Positions 11,700 through 25,067 are shown, numbered from the stretch's first letter. The stretch: 64,000 nucleotides of DNA from Octopus vulgaris (GCA_951406725.2 OX597817.1:154566001-154630000); one strand, 5' to 3'. Made by a program: numbers and translations. Notes: a model not told the origin generated them from the sequence alone.

Positions 11700-12345
11700 T
11701 ACATTATTTACATTTGACAGATATTTGTCCTCCTCTTGTTTGTTGTTAGCACAACATTTCGGCTGATGTAGGTTATACAAAGGTAGAACATGCTACCCCC
11801 TCAAGATAAGGGTAGAGGAACATCACAGAGCTGTGACATGGAGATATTGATAGATCGGGTATAGCTGATCATGTATGAAAAAAACGGAGACTACCTCCCC
11901 TTGTGGGATGAAGTTAAAATAATAGACAGAGAACACCAATGGAAAATACAAAAACTAAAATAGGCAGCACATATGCTAGGACATAATAACCTCCTAAACA
12001 GACCTAGTGCAGATATGAGTAGAATATAGGAACCAGTATTAAGGAAGGATAGGAAAATATTAGATTTATAAACCCTAAAATTCACTCCATAATTGCCCAC
12101 TGGCATATGGCGTAGTGGTTAAGAGTGCAAGCTACTAACTCCAAGATTCCAAGTTCGATTCCAGGCAGTGACCTGAATAATAATAAATAATAATAATAAT
12201 AACATCAGAAAAATACCTTAGGAATGAGAACCCAGGTTCAAAATTCCTCCAGGACACCTGATGAAGGCTGCAGAGTACATCAGCCGAAACATTGTGTTAA
12301 CAACAAACAAGATGAAGATAAATATTTGTCAGATGTAAATAATGG
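11700..12345 (+). mobile_element. 5'-truncated Penelope-like element: GIY-YIG C-terminus plus hammerhead-bearing terminal repeat with an inverted copy
   Basis: The degenerate frame reads EHHRAV..GDIDRSGIADHV...WDEVKIIDREHQWKIQKLK*AAHM. Inverted repeats lie at 11703-11770 and 12276-12343, and a hammerhead starts at 12253. Confidence 0.75.
12253..12298 (+). ncRNA. Minimal hammerhead ribozyme motif in a Penelope-like terminal repeat
   Basis: GACAC-CTGATGA-A-GGCTG/CAGCC-GAAACATT-GTGTT. The inverted partial copy at about 11747-11770 reads GAAATGTT, so both probably derive from palindromic GAAACGTT by CpG decay. Confidence 0.7.
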
Positions 12346-12817
12346 AAAAATGAATATAAAATACTGATGATGCTAATTATGAAGATTTCTACAATCTGAA
12401 ACTGCAGGTATGATTATGTGGTTAATGAGTTTGCTTCCCAGCCACATGGTTTTTGGGTTCAGTCCCACTACGTGACACCATGGGTAAGTATCTTCTGCTA
12501 TAGCCCTGGACTAGTTAAAGCCTTGTGAGTAGATATGGTAGACTGAAACTGAAACAAGCTCATTATATATATATGTGGGTGTGTGTGTGCATGTGTATAT
12601 ATCTTGGTGGTGAGCTGGCAAAATTGTTACTGAACTGGGTAAAATGCTTAGCAATGTTTCATCCATCCTTATGTTCAGAGTTCAAATTCTACCAAAGTCG
12701 ATTTTGCCTTTCATCCTTTCGGGGCCAATAAAATAAGTACCAACTGCATGCGGGGATCAATCTAATTGACTTATTTCCTTTGCCCAAAAATTGCTGGCCT
12801 TATGCCAAAATTTGAAA

Positions 12818-12853
<36 letters not shown>

Positions 12854-15800
12854 GTATCTTCTGATTTCACTTAGGCATAGTGATATTAATAATGAATTGT
12901 TAGAACTCAATACATATACTCTGAGTTCACTGCTTCTTATAGCAGAAATAGCTGCAAGCCAATGAAGTTGATTTTATGACTCTTGTTCGCTTGTCATTCG
13001 TGAATTAATGTATTTGTTATTTGTTTCTGTGAATGAGTTCATATTCCCTTTGACTGCTCATGTTTTGCTTACTAATAGTCAGCAATGGCTTTGCTAACAG
13101 TATGACTTGCTTACATTTCACTATGAGAGCACATCCAATTTACAATTTTTGTAAAACAAAAGGCTCATCCATACTGTGTTCTTTGTTTCCTATTCTCCAC
13201 ATAAATATGTCCAAGCTGCTTGTTTAATAGACTGGGAGATTATTACCTGAGTTGGAAACAAATGGGAAATGATGACGGGCAGGACATCCATATAAAGAAG
13301 CCTCTGTCATCAAAATACTCCTGTCTGACCCATGCAATCATAGAAAAGAGTGCATTAAACTGATGATAGCAATAATGTAACATTCTGGTTTTCATAAGAA
13401 TGGTGATAGGAGAGCAACTGAAAAATGTTTGCTGTATTTAGTTAGAGTTCTTGATGTTTGGGATTTGATTCTTGTAGACAATTTTGACTTCAGTCATCTC
13501 AGATATTGCTGAAATTAGTACCAGTTAAGAACTAGGTTTCATGTAATTGTTTATGCCTTTCCACAAATACTGTGGATGGTGTTGAAATTTAGAGACCAAT
13601 ATACTGATTTTCAGTATCCTGATGTGAACAGCTAGTGGACTTTATGGGACAAGAATTCTTTCTGTTTACTCAATAATTTAGTCATAAGTCAATGGATTAT
13701 CTTTTTTGTTCAGCCCCAAGTCAACCATAATAGAAATATGTCAATTGATTCCATCTTATCTTATTTAGGACTTTGTTATCTAATGTGTTCTTTCCTTATT
13801 TTAAATGTTAAAGAAGACGCTTATAGCTGTCACTATTACACAATTTAGATAGTGGTTATAGAAAAACCGGTTTACCTAAATCTATATTTAAAAAGAAAAA
13901 GATTTTTTTTCCACATATATGGTGTGATTGGAAGGTTGGTTTTGGGTTTAGTCCCATTTTGTGGAAGCTTGATAAATGTTTCCTATGACCAGATCCCCTT
14001 CCTGTCACCAACTCCTACTTGTTTCCAAGTGAGGCAACAATCTTTTAGTTTATTGAACAAGCAGCTCTGACATGTTTACATGGAGAATCTGAAACAAATG
14101 ACATTTTATAGAGTGAGCTTTTTTGATTACAAAGACCGCACAACATGCCAAAATTTGTCACATTGTCCAGATCCGTTTTCATATTTTACTGCAAGCAAAT
14201 TACATCAATAGCAAAGCCATTGTTTACAATCAACAATTACTCATATAGTCTGAGAAATACAAACTCACTCAAACACACACATGGTCTTTCTCATACACAC
14301 ATACAAACTTACTTATGTACATATACACATAGTTGAAAAGGGGTTAAAAATTCATACAAATCAAAGGTTATAGGTAAAATGTGGAAACAGCATGAAAATG
14401 TTTAAAGATATTTTTTACATTTTTTCTTTAACTGGACAGGATAAGTATTTTTATATGTGTTACATTAAGTGATGGTGCATGGCTGTGCGGTTAGGGGCAT
14501 TCAGCTCATGATCATAAGGTTGTGAGTTCAATTCCTGGCGGTGCGTTGTGTCCTTGAGCAACATACTTTATTTCACGTTGCTCCAGTCCACTCAGCTGGC
14601 AAAAGTGAGTAGTACCTGTATTTCAAAGGACCGGCTTTGTCACAATCTGTGTCACTCTGAATCTTCCTGAGAACTAGTTAAGGGTACACGTGTTTGTGGA
14701 GTGCTCAGCCACTTGCACGTTAATTTCACGAGCAAGCTGTTCCGTTGATCGTATCAGCTGGGATCCTCGTCGTTGCAACCAACAGAGTGCTCCACATTAA
14801 GTATGACTATAAGCAAATCCTTTGCACAGGTCCTTCAGTAAAAACTGAATACTCTTTGATGGGAGAATCCATCACATTAAGCATATGTATATCTGTTTCT
14901 TTATTACCCACAAGGGGCTAAACATAGAGGGGACAAACAAGGACAGGCAAACAGATTAAGTCGATTACATCGACCCCAGTGCATGACTGGTACTTAATTT
15001 ATCGACCCCGAAAGGATGAAAGGCAAAGTCAACCTCGGCGGAATTTGAACTCAGAAGGTAACAGCAGACGAAATACGGCTACGCATTTCGCCCCACGTGC
15101 TAACGATTCTGCCAGCTCGCCGCCTTCAAATATACATTAAGCATATGTATAGCTTCTCCTATGGTCCTGGGCCAACAAAGGCTTTGTGAGTGAATTAGAT
15201 TGACAGAAACTGAAAGGTGTGAGTACCTTTGTCTTGACATCATGTGATGTTGTAAATGAGCATTACTGTCAAAGAAGCAATGTTGTTCATTCCTAGTCTT
15301 CCATGGAAAACAAGTCTGGCTATGAGGAAATATCACCTTGCTTAAAAACAGGTGAGGATGGTGACAGGAAGGGCATCCAGCCATAGAAAATTTGCCTCAA
15401 CAAATTCCATTTGATCTGTGTGTGCATGGGAAAGCGGATATTTAAATGCTGATGGTATATATATCATGACAAGGCAGCGAGCTGGCAGAAACATTAGCAC
15501 GCCAGGCGAAATGCGTAGCCATATCTCATCTGCCATTACGTTCTGAGTTCAAATTCCGCCGAGGTCGACTTTGCCTTTCATCCTTTCGGGGTCGATAAAT
15601 TAAGTACCATTTACTCACTGGGGTCGATGTAATCGACTTAATCCCTTTGTCTGTCCTTGTTTGCCCTCTCTGTGTTTAACCCCTTGTGGGCAGTAAAGAA
15701 ATAGGTATATATATCATGACTATAAAATGCTGATGGCATATATACCAAGAAGCATTCTTCACAACCACATGGTTCCGGGTTCAGTCCTATTGCATGGCAC

Positions 15801-18031
15801 CTTGAACAACTGTTTCCTACTATAGCCTTGGGCTGACCAAAGCCTTGTGAATGGATTTGGTAGACAGAGACTGAAAGAAGCCTGTCATATATGTCTGCGT
15901 TTGTCCTCTACAATTGCTTGACAACTGGTGCTGGTGTGTTTATGATCCCATAACTTGGCAGTTCAACAAAAGAGATTGATAGAATAAGTACCAAGCTTTA
16001 AAAAAATAAGTCCTGAGATCAATTGATTCGACTAAAAACAAAGAAAATTCTCCATGGCGGTATCCCAACATAACCACAGTCTAATGATTGAAACAAGTTA
16101 AAGATAAAAGATGTATAGGTTAAGCTTCTACTCAGCATCTACCAAATTCATTCATGAGGCATGAATCAGCCCAGGTCTATAGTAGAAGACACATGCCCCA
16201 GGTGACATGTAATGCAACTGGACCCAAAACTACATGGTTGCAAAGCACACAGCTATGCCTGTTCCAAAGCAGTTTTTATTTATTTACTTCATAAATTAAG
16301 TCCACGTTTGAGTAAAACTAATTATTTATTGAACCTCGGGCAACTGGCATTGTTTCAATATGAACATATATATCTATTATTCATAGACAGTGGCTAGGAA
16401 TGTTGACTAGTGGGAAATGTACTGTATTACAATCAATTATTGTATTAATGATTGGGAAACATCATGTTATACATATATATTTTAGATTATGTGGTATATG
16501 GTTAGTTTCATAAACACAAGATAAAAAAGTCTGAACTCCTAACTTGTTTTTGTTATTGTTATTAAAATATATTTTGTGACGAATTGTCTCATGTACAGTG
16601 AAGGTGTGTGGCTTAATGGTTAGGGTAATCAGCTCATGATCATGAGTTCAATTCCTGGCAGTGTGTTGTGTCCTTGAGCAAGACATTTTGTTTCATGTTG
16701 CTCCAGTCCACTCAGCTGTAATTCAAAGGGCCGGCTTTGTTACATTCTGTGTCACGCTTAAATCCTCCGGAGAACTACGTTAAGATGCATGTGTCTGTGG
16801 AGTGCTCAGCTACTTGCACGTTAATTTCACAAGCAGGTTGTTTCATTGATCGGAACTGGAACCCTCATCGTCATAACTGATGGTGTGGAAGCACTCCATC
16901 GGTTACGACGACGAGGGTTCCGGTTGATCCGAATCAACGGAACAGCCTGCTCGTGAAATTAACGTGTAAGTGGCTGAGCACTCCACAGACACGTGCACCC
17001 TTAATGTAGTTCTCAGGGATATTCAGTGTGACACAGAGAGTGACAAGGCCGGCCCTTTGAAATACAGGTACAACAGAAACAGGAAGTAAGAGTGAGAGAA
17101 AGTTGTGGTGAAGGAGTACAGCAGGGATCACCACCATCCCCTGCCGGAGCCTCGTGGAGCTTTAGGTGTTTTCGCTCAATAAACACTCACAACGCCCGGT
17201 CTGGGAATCGAAACCGCGATCCTATGACCGCGAGTCCGCTGCCCTAACCACTGGGCCATTGCGCCTCCTTCTGATGGTGTGCCAGTTATATCATGTACAG
17301 AGAAAGAAGGAAAGAGTGATAATAACACTGCTTGAGAAATGTGAGAAGAATTTCATTGCTGAGAAAGTCAATGAGCTCCTATATCCAGTGACTGCTATTA
17401 TTTCATGCTAAAACAATGGATTAGATGATTTCAGAAACAAAACCGTACACATGAAATGGCAATTGTCACAATTCGATTGAGGTACGTGATGTTGATAAGC
17501 TGCGAAAATGCGAAATATCGGTATCCATCACTCCTGAATGGGATGGGAGACAAGTCTCGCCTGTCTATGACTTCCAGGTGGTCTAACACCTAGTGTCATG
17601 AGGGAGTCACCCACCAGCCTCTATCTCAATGAACCGGCAAACAAACAAAACACATACATTGAGTGCCGCCTCGACTGGCTTCTGTGCCAGTGGCACGTAA
17701 AATGCACCAATCCGACTGTGGCCATTGCCAGCCTCGCCTGGCACCTGTGCGGGTGGCACGTAAAAAGCACCCACTACACTCATGGAGTGGTTGGCGTTAG
17801 GAAGGGCATCCAGCTGTAGAAACATTGCCAGATAAGACTGGAACCTGGTCGAATCGTCCAACCCGTGCTAGCATGGAGAGCGGACGTTAAACGATGATGA
17901 TGATGATGAGTGTGTGTGGTCGATAATGCTTACAACACGAACGCTGCTTATATATATATATATATAAGAGTTAAAGCAGCTGGATAGATATTGTTTATAT
18001 ATACATATACAGTATATATATATATATATAT

Positions 18032-18248
<217 letters not shown>

Positions 18249-18838
18249 GGTTTTATCTCTAATTTAATATAATATAATATATTTTACTATAAAATTGGAT
18301 TTAATCCTAAATCTGATTTTTCCCTGTAAGTTTGGATTTATTCCCTAATATTTTATAATTAATATATATATATATATATACATACATATATTGGGTTGGA
18401 ACAAATGTCCATGCCATTTCTGAAGTAGAATTCAAAAATAATATTTGAATATATGTACATACCTTTATTCAACTACCTATGTCCAGGGTTGTTCCACTGC
18501 CATTCAATATCTTTGTTACGGTTAGTAAGGAGAGACACACAAATAAGAAAGAAGAAAGCAAAGGACCACTGATGCGGTCACAGGAGTGTGATGAAAGAAC
18601 TCTGGCCGAAATAAGATTAAGTTTAATGTAAAAAATAAATAACACTGAAGCAAAGTAACACCAAATATACAGTGCGTGTGTTTTTATTGGCTAAACTGGC
18701 AAAATGAACATTCCAAAATACAATATCTGTTTCAACACACGATTTCACATAAAAAATCTTGCACAGCAAATATATATATATATATAATCAAAAATAAGGG
18801 TGAAAAAATTGAATATTAATTGGACACTCTCTTATTTT

Positions 18839-18905
<67 letters not shown>

Positions 18906-19749
18906 AAAAATACGTATAGAGAAAATTATATCTTTATTATAGATCTCACTTTATAAAACCGACAATTGTTTCTATTGCATTATCATATATATATAGAGAG
19001 AGAGGAGGAGATCACATATAGAATTACTAATATTGTACGATGATGCATAACTAATAATGAACCACTTTAGATCATACTTAATGTTCCTATCTTTTAAATC
19101 CCAGATGCATTTACTAAGATTAGTAGATTTACTTTTGATTCAATTGCTACCAATATCCCTTGTAAATTTTTTGCTGTACTAAGTACGTATTTTCTATCTT
19201 CCAATAAGTATGGGAAATTATTTAATCGCCATATTATAAAGTTTTCCTATTCAACTACTAGAAATTTAACTAAGATTATATATATGTGTGTGTGTGCGTT
19301 AGTATGTATGTATTCTTGTATTCTTTTACTTGTTTCAGTCATTCCACTCCAGCCATGCTGGAACACCACCTTTAGTCAAGCAAGTCGACACCAGGATTTA
19401 TGCTTTGTAAGCTTGTACATATTCTATCGGCCTCTGTTGCCGAACTACTAGGTTAAGGGGACGTAAACACAACAACATCAGTTGTCAAGCGATATATATA
19501 TATATATATATATATATCCTAAAATTTATATATCCTAAAATTACAGAATTTGTCCCTGGGCAGTTTAGCTTAATTCTAAAGCACTTGATCTTTCTGCTAA
19601 ATATGAATAGTTTATCCTGTTTATGCTATAGTATTAGCATTATCTGGCGTTTGAGAATAAAATCAGTTCTGTATCTTTCAATATATCTCAACGCTTCTAA
19701 AGCAAACTTTGTTGACTTTCACCAAAAGCTGAATTTATGATATATATGT

Positions 19750-20845
19750 AAGATGTTACAGGGGGAATGGTTGGCGAAGCAGAAGTGATGGGTGACGGAA
19801 GAGTTGGAACGTAGCCGAACACCTCTTAGATGTTCGGTGAACCGGTTGGCCAGTCGGCGGCCCGCCTGACCTACATAAAGCATCCCACAGAGGTTGCATT
19901 TTATACAGTAAATGAGACCAGATGAAGTGCACGTAAAAGAATGTCTTATACGTACAGTTCGTTGGTTGGAGCCGGTGATAGCAGTGATGTTGGTGATGAA
20001 GAGGCAGGTGTTGCAGCGGGATCTGGAGCACGGGAAGGATCCATGGGGGGGCTGAGGGGGAAGAGGTTCCAGGCTCGTTTGAAGGAGGACAATGGTGGGT
20101 TGGGGGAAAAGGGGCAGGTGGTGGGGTCGACCTGGAGACGACGGAAGGCCCGTAGTATCCTCCGACAAAGGGGTAGAGTGGAGGGGTGGAAAAGGAGGGT
20201 TGGTGAGAGGAAGGAGAGAGGGCGGTGGTGCGGTCGATTCGACGAGCGCAGGCAAGGGCGTTCTGGACCAGGGTCGTGGGGTATCCTCAATGCCTGAACA
20301 GGCGGGCCAGGTACTGTGACTGGGTCTCAAAATCCTGGTCACAGCTGCACAAGCGTCGGAGGCGGAGGAACTGGGAGTAGGGGATGGCCCGTTTGGTGTG
20401 GAAGGGATGGGAGGAGGAGAAGTCGAGGTAGAGGTGGGAATCCGTAGGTTTGAAGAAGGCGGAGGTGGTGAGAGAGTGGGAGGGGTGGCCAATGCTAAGA
20501 GAGATGTCGAGGAAGTTAACAGAGGTATTAGAGATAGTAGAAGTGAAATGGAGAGAAGGGTGGAAGTTAGAGAGGAAAGAGATGGAGTGACAGAGTTGTT
20601 CGCGGGAGAGGGAGGTGGCACCTATACAGTCGTTTATGTAGCGACCGTATAGCTCTGGGGTCGGCCCGGAGAATTGGGAGAATGCCTGGGCCTCAATGTA
20701 GCCAACGAAGAGGTTGGCGAAATTAGGGCCCATTCTCGTTCCCATCACGATCCCAGACACCTGAGGGTGAGGATGAGCTCGGCCAGGCAAAGAAGGGTGG
20801 GGGTGCTGGGTGTGGGGTCAGGGCGTCGGTCGAGGAAGTATTGGA
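19750..20845 (-). mobile_element. Penelope-like retroelement fragment (RT C-terminal half plus GIY-YIG endonuclease, Neptune-type), frameshifted
   Basis: RT motifs MGTRMGPNFANLFV, RYINDC (degenerate YIDD), VNFLDI and KPTDSHLYLDFSSSHP...AIPYSQFLRLRRLCS. These are followed by a Cys linker CSRSRCNTC and GLIYCIKCNLCGMLYVGQ...RFTEH. Confidence 0.9.
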
Positions 20846-20856
20846 GGGTATATATG

Positions 20857-20889
<33 letters not shown>

Positions 20890-20895
20890 TTACAA

Positions 20896-21543
20896 ATTAG
20901 AATTTTCTCTGATTTTTCAGATTTTTTGTATGCTAGACTACTGGTTTTAAATTGATATTAAAATTAATATTAATTTATCTCCCTCATTATTTAAATATTG
21001 AAATAAATACGTTCTCTAGTAGCAAGCACTAACCGCAGTGAATTATTTACTGCAGTTCTTCACTTCAGGAATTTTTTAGCGTGCCGGAACTAAGACATTT
21101 GAAATTTTATCCCTAATGTAATCGGTAAAACTAAACACGTGTCTGTTTTGGCACAGAAAGCTGGGGTTAGTTTCAAATTGAATTTACACTGAACGATTGT
21201 ACTGATGAGGCCACGGACATTTGAATTATGTAAGTAATTCTTTTGTTAAAGACCGAAACCGAGGTATGCAGTTAATTCTGTTTTTTATATAAATTTTCAT
21301 CTGTCCTGCTCGCCAAATTTGGTTCTGGTGTTCGCTGAATTTTTCCTCTAGAGAACTTTCTTTGTAGTTTGATCGTTGATGATCTGTTTCTAGCATACGG
21401 CCGACTACCTAGCAGTCTTGCCCTGCCAATATACACATATATTAGAATTTTCTCTGATTTCTCAGATTTTTTGTATGCTAGACTACTGGTTTTAAATTGA
21501 TATTAAAATTAATATTAATTTATCTCCCTCATTATTTAAATAT

Positions 21544-21546
<3 letters not shown>
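20896..21546 (+). mobile_element. Direct-repeat-bounded non-coding element with an internal hammerhead (PLE-derived or retrozyme-like)
   Basis: About 105-bp direct repeats at 20896-21001 and 21441-21546, a hammerhead at 21196, and (TA)n-rich tracts on both sides. Confidence 0.65.
21196..21272 (+). ncRNA. Hammerhead ribozyme motif
   Basis: Helix I ATTGTA/TGCAGT, core CTGATGA, helix II GGCC/GACC (one mismatch), then GAAACC-GA-GGTA. Confidence 0.7.
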
Positions 21547-21581
<35 letters not shown>

Positions 21582-21889
21582 ATTATGTATGTATGTATAT
21601 ATATATATATGTATATGTATGTATGTATATGTGTGTGTGTCTGTGTTGGTCCCCCCACCATAATTTGACAACCGATGTTGGTGTCTCCAAGTCCCCGTAA
21701 CTTAGCGGTTTAGCAAAAGTGACCGATAGAATAAGTACAAGGCTTACAAAGAATAAACCTTGGGTCGACTAGTTCGACTGAAGGTGGTGCTCCAGCATGA
21801 CCGCAGTCAAATAACTGAAACAAGTAAAAAGAATACAAAAAAAGAATATATATATTTAATATATGTATATATATATAATAATAATAATA

Positions 21890-23545
21890 ATATTAGGGAG
21901 TAAATCCAAACTTACAGGGGAAAATTAGATTTAGGATTAAATCTAATTTTATAGTATAAATATATATTATATTAAATTAGAGATAAAACTAGTACTAGGC
22001 AAATCAAACAGTGAAAATCATAAGCCAATACATAGAAATAAAATTAATTAAAAAATATATAAAAAATATAAAATATAAAAATCCAATTAAAATATTTAAA
22101 TTAAAGTTAAAAATTAAAAGAATTAAAAAAAGAGTTCATTACAAAACCTCGCTAAGATAAGTATATATTTATATTTAAGATCTTTAAATTTTAATATTTG
22201 TAAGTCTCATGGTATAATATTATTGTTTTTTTATGTATATATCGTTGTTTATCCAATTATCGTAATTTTCTATATAATTATTAGATATTAACTTTAAGTT
22301 TATTCGTAAGAATTTACTTAGCGATAGATATGTTGTTTGATAGCAAGTATATGAGTTTGTATAAGTTAGATTCATGTATATACATGTATTAATAGCATTA
22401 ATTGTAGTTTTAAATTTCTTATAATTATTATTTTAACTTATATATTGTCTTTTTAAATTGTTATTTGCTAGTTACATTATTCCCATTGATAAATATATTT
22501 ATAGTATTTATTTGTTACTATATAACTACGAATTGATTATTTCTTTAAGTACTTTAAAGATAAGATTTTTGAAAGTTATTATTTAGCCAAAGAGATAAAG
22601 ATAGTTAATTTACTATAGCGTTCGTTTAAGATGGTTTGTTTGTATTTTTGAAATTAGCTATTTCATCTTTAAATATGTAAAATTAATTTATTAGGTCTTA
22701 TTATATGTGCATATATATTTATTTATAGAGATTATTTAGATCTTAATTATATATTTATATATTTATATACATTTATATATTTTCATTGATAATTTATATA
22801 TTATTTAAATTTTATATTTTAATAATATGAATAATCATTTTTTTTGTAAAATATTTATGTAATTAGATATTGACTATTACTGATATTAGATTATTGGTGG
22901 GTTTCTTACCTTAAAAATTAAAATTAATATTTAACATTATAATCGTTGCTTTGACATAATCATAATCGTTAAGTTTCTAGTTTGATAATAGAGTTTTTTA
23001 TAAGAAAATTTATTATATTATTTATTTCTTAAAAAATGTTGTTTAAATATTTTTGATTATTTATTAAAATATTACAATTAACCTGAAGATTGACTGTAAC
23101 CATAACTCGAATTATTAATTGAATTTAAATTATTGTTATTCGAATTGGTTACGGGCATGAAATGATCGTAGTGTTTTTACTCTTTATCTTATTAAACTTT
23201 TAATACTTTTTGATAGTTTATAAAAAAAAAATAAATAAATATAAAAATATAAAAAATATAAAAAAATAAAAATTAAAATAAAATAAAATAAAAAATATAA
23301 ATAAAAAAAATAATTAAATAAAATAATAATAAATATATATATATATTTATAATTTATAAGTTTAAATTATTAATTTAAATAATTTTTTTAAATTTTTAAC
23401 TTTAATTCAAATATTTTAATTGGATTTTTATATTTTATATTTTTATATATTTTTTAATTAATTTTATTTTTATGTATTGGCTTATGATTTTCACTGTTTG
23501 ATTTGCCTAGTAATGGTTTTATCTCTAATTTAATATAATATAATA
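21890..23545. mobile_element. Extremely AT-rich, inverted-repeat-bounded element; probably a decayed PLE
   Basis: Inverted arms at about 21965-22125 and 23385-23545, and a hammerhead at 23079. The same terminal sequence (TTTCCCTGTAAGTTTGGATTTATTCCCTAATATT) also occurs at about 18320 and 33190. Confidence 0.55.
23079..23175 (+). ncRNA. Degenerate hammerhead ribozyme motif
   Basis: CTGAAGA, a long helix (CTGTAACC/GGTTACGG), then GAAAT-GATC-GTA. Helix I is weak. A homolog lies at 32927-32998. Confidence 0.5.
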
Positions 23546-23570
23546 TATATATATATATATATATTACTAA

Positions 23571-24145
23571 CATAGGATAAAAAAAATTTTTCCAGAGAAA
23601 ATTTCATCAAAAGTGGCAGCTTATTAAAATACCTTTAAAGGTGAGAATTATAAACAATTTATAAACAAGGGCAAAAGAAAAAATATTTCTATGCTAATAT
23701 GCTGAGAACAGGCTTTAAATCGTCAATCACCACTTTACAATATACATTCACTATAAATACACATTGTGCTGAAGTCGAGGGAAGCAAGCTAACAGAATTT
23801 TTTTTTAAATTTGTTATTTCTATTTTGAATCAATTTCGGGATTAATCCGGTGTACTCATGACTCATACTTCTGCTTTTTTCCCTGGGTGCTTGTAAATAT
23901 TTCATTTATTTCTTACCGTATTTTCTACTGAAGAGGGGGAAAATCCATAGGATTAATCCTGAAATTGATTCAATATAGAAATAATGAATTTTTAAAAAAA
24001 TTCTGTTAGCCTGCTTTCCTCGATTCCAGCACGACGTGTATTTATAGTGAATGTATATTGTAATGTGGTGATTGACGATTTAAAATCTGTTCTCAGCATA
24101 TTGGCATAGAAATATTTTTTCTTTTGCCCTTGTTTATAAATTATA
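23571..24145. mobile_element. Inverted-repeat element of the 'ATAGGATAAAA...' family with a hammerhead; relatives at 53130-53600 and 59722-60092
   Basis: Arms at about 23655-23850 and 23950-24143. All three loci share the leader ATAGGATAAAA...AATACCTTTAAAGGT...TTATAAACAATT...AAGGGCA. Confidence 0.7.
23922..23981 (+). ncRNA. Hammerhead ribozyme motif
   Basis: Helix I TTTCTA/TAGAAA, core CTGAAGA, helix II GGGG/TCCT, then GAA-ATTGA-T-TCAAT-A. Confidence 0.75.
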
Positions 24146-24200
24146 TATATATGTGTGTGTGTGTAATATATATGTGTATATATATATAATATATATAATA

Positions 24201-24232
<32 letters not shown>

Positions 24233-24626
24233 CTAGCAGTATCGCCCAGCGTTGCTCGGGTTTGTAAGGGAAATAACTATAAAGCATTTTTAGAGAGTTA
24301 TAGCCAAAAAATAGCAAAAAATGCATTAAAAATGGAAAAAAAATTATGGTAAATTTTTTTAATAATCGTTGACTCATCCTAGACATTTTTAGAGAGTTAC
24401 TTCCCTTATATTTAAAAAAATATGCATTAAAATGTAAAAAAATGATGGTAAATTATTTTTAAAATCGTAGACTCATCGTAGACGCGTGCTAATACCCAGA
24501 ATGGCTCGATATGAATCACGACTATAAGATACCCGGTGTTGGTTAAACTGCACCGCAAAATGTGGGAGTAGTTAGGAATCTAAATCAGAGTAGACAGACA
24601 CACAACCTTTCTTTTATATATAAAGA
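24233..24626 (-). mobile_element. Non-autonomous Helitron (same family as 7276)
   Basis: Near-identical body; A|TC 5' end; hairpin plus CTAG|T 3' end. Confidence 0.8.
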
Positions 24627-24687
24627 TAACCAGTTTTATGCATCGTAAAAATTGTTTCAGTTTATCTGCAAGAGCCTGTATGTGTGT

Positions 24688-24719
<32 letters not shown>

Positions 24720-24968
24720 TAATACAATAGGAACAATTGTCGGCTTTATAAGATGAGAGCTATAATAAAGAAGTAATTTTCTCCATACATATTTGTTGTT
24801 GTAGTAAATATTGTTTGCCAACATAACATGGCAGTTCAGGTTTAGAACTAATGTTGCTGTAATTTAGCCCCAGGAGACATCGTCTCCAGCTGGCTATACG
24901 AAACGATCTGTGTCCTTATATTTTCGAACAAGGGAATCTAGCAGCACCAACTCAGCTCAAAACAATAT

Positions 24969-25011
24969 CTGTGTATAGCGATTTCTGGGTTATTTCCCTT
25001 CATCAGCACAG
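24969..25011 (-). ncRNA. Minimal hammerhead ribozyme motif
   Basis: Minus strand reads CTGTG-CTGATGA-AGGG-aaataa-CCCA-GAAAT-CGCT-ATA-CACAG. Confidence 0.65.
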
Positions 25012-25024
25012 CCGAGCAATTATT

Positions 25025-25067
25025 CTGTGCTGATGAAGAGAAATAACCCAGAAATCACGATACACAT
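25025..25067 (+). ncRNA. Minimal hammerhead ribozyme motif (inverted partner of 24969-25011)
   Basis: CTGTG-CTGATGA-AGAG-aaataa-CCCA-GAAAT-CACG-ATA-CACAT; helix II is slightly decayed. Confidence 0.55.

Noticed and set aside
21850-23560. Mitochondrial insertion (NUMT) or AT-rich contaminant
   Set aside because: No recognisable mitochondrial gene motifs, and the termini and hammerhead match repeats elsewhere in the window.
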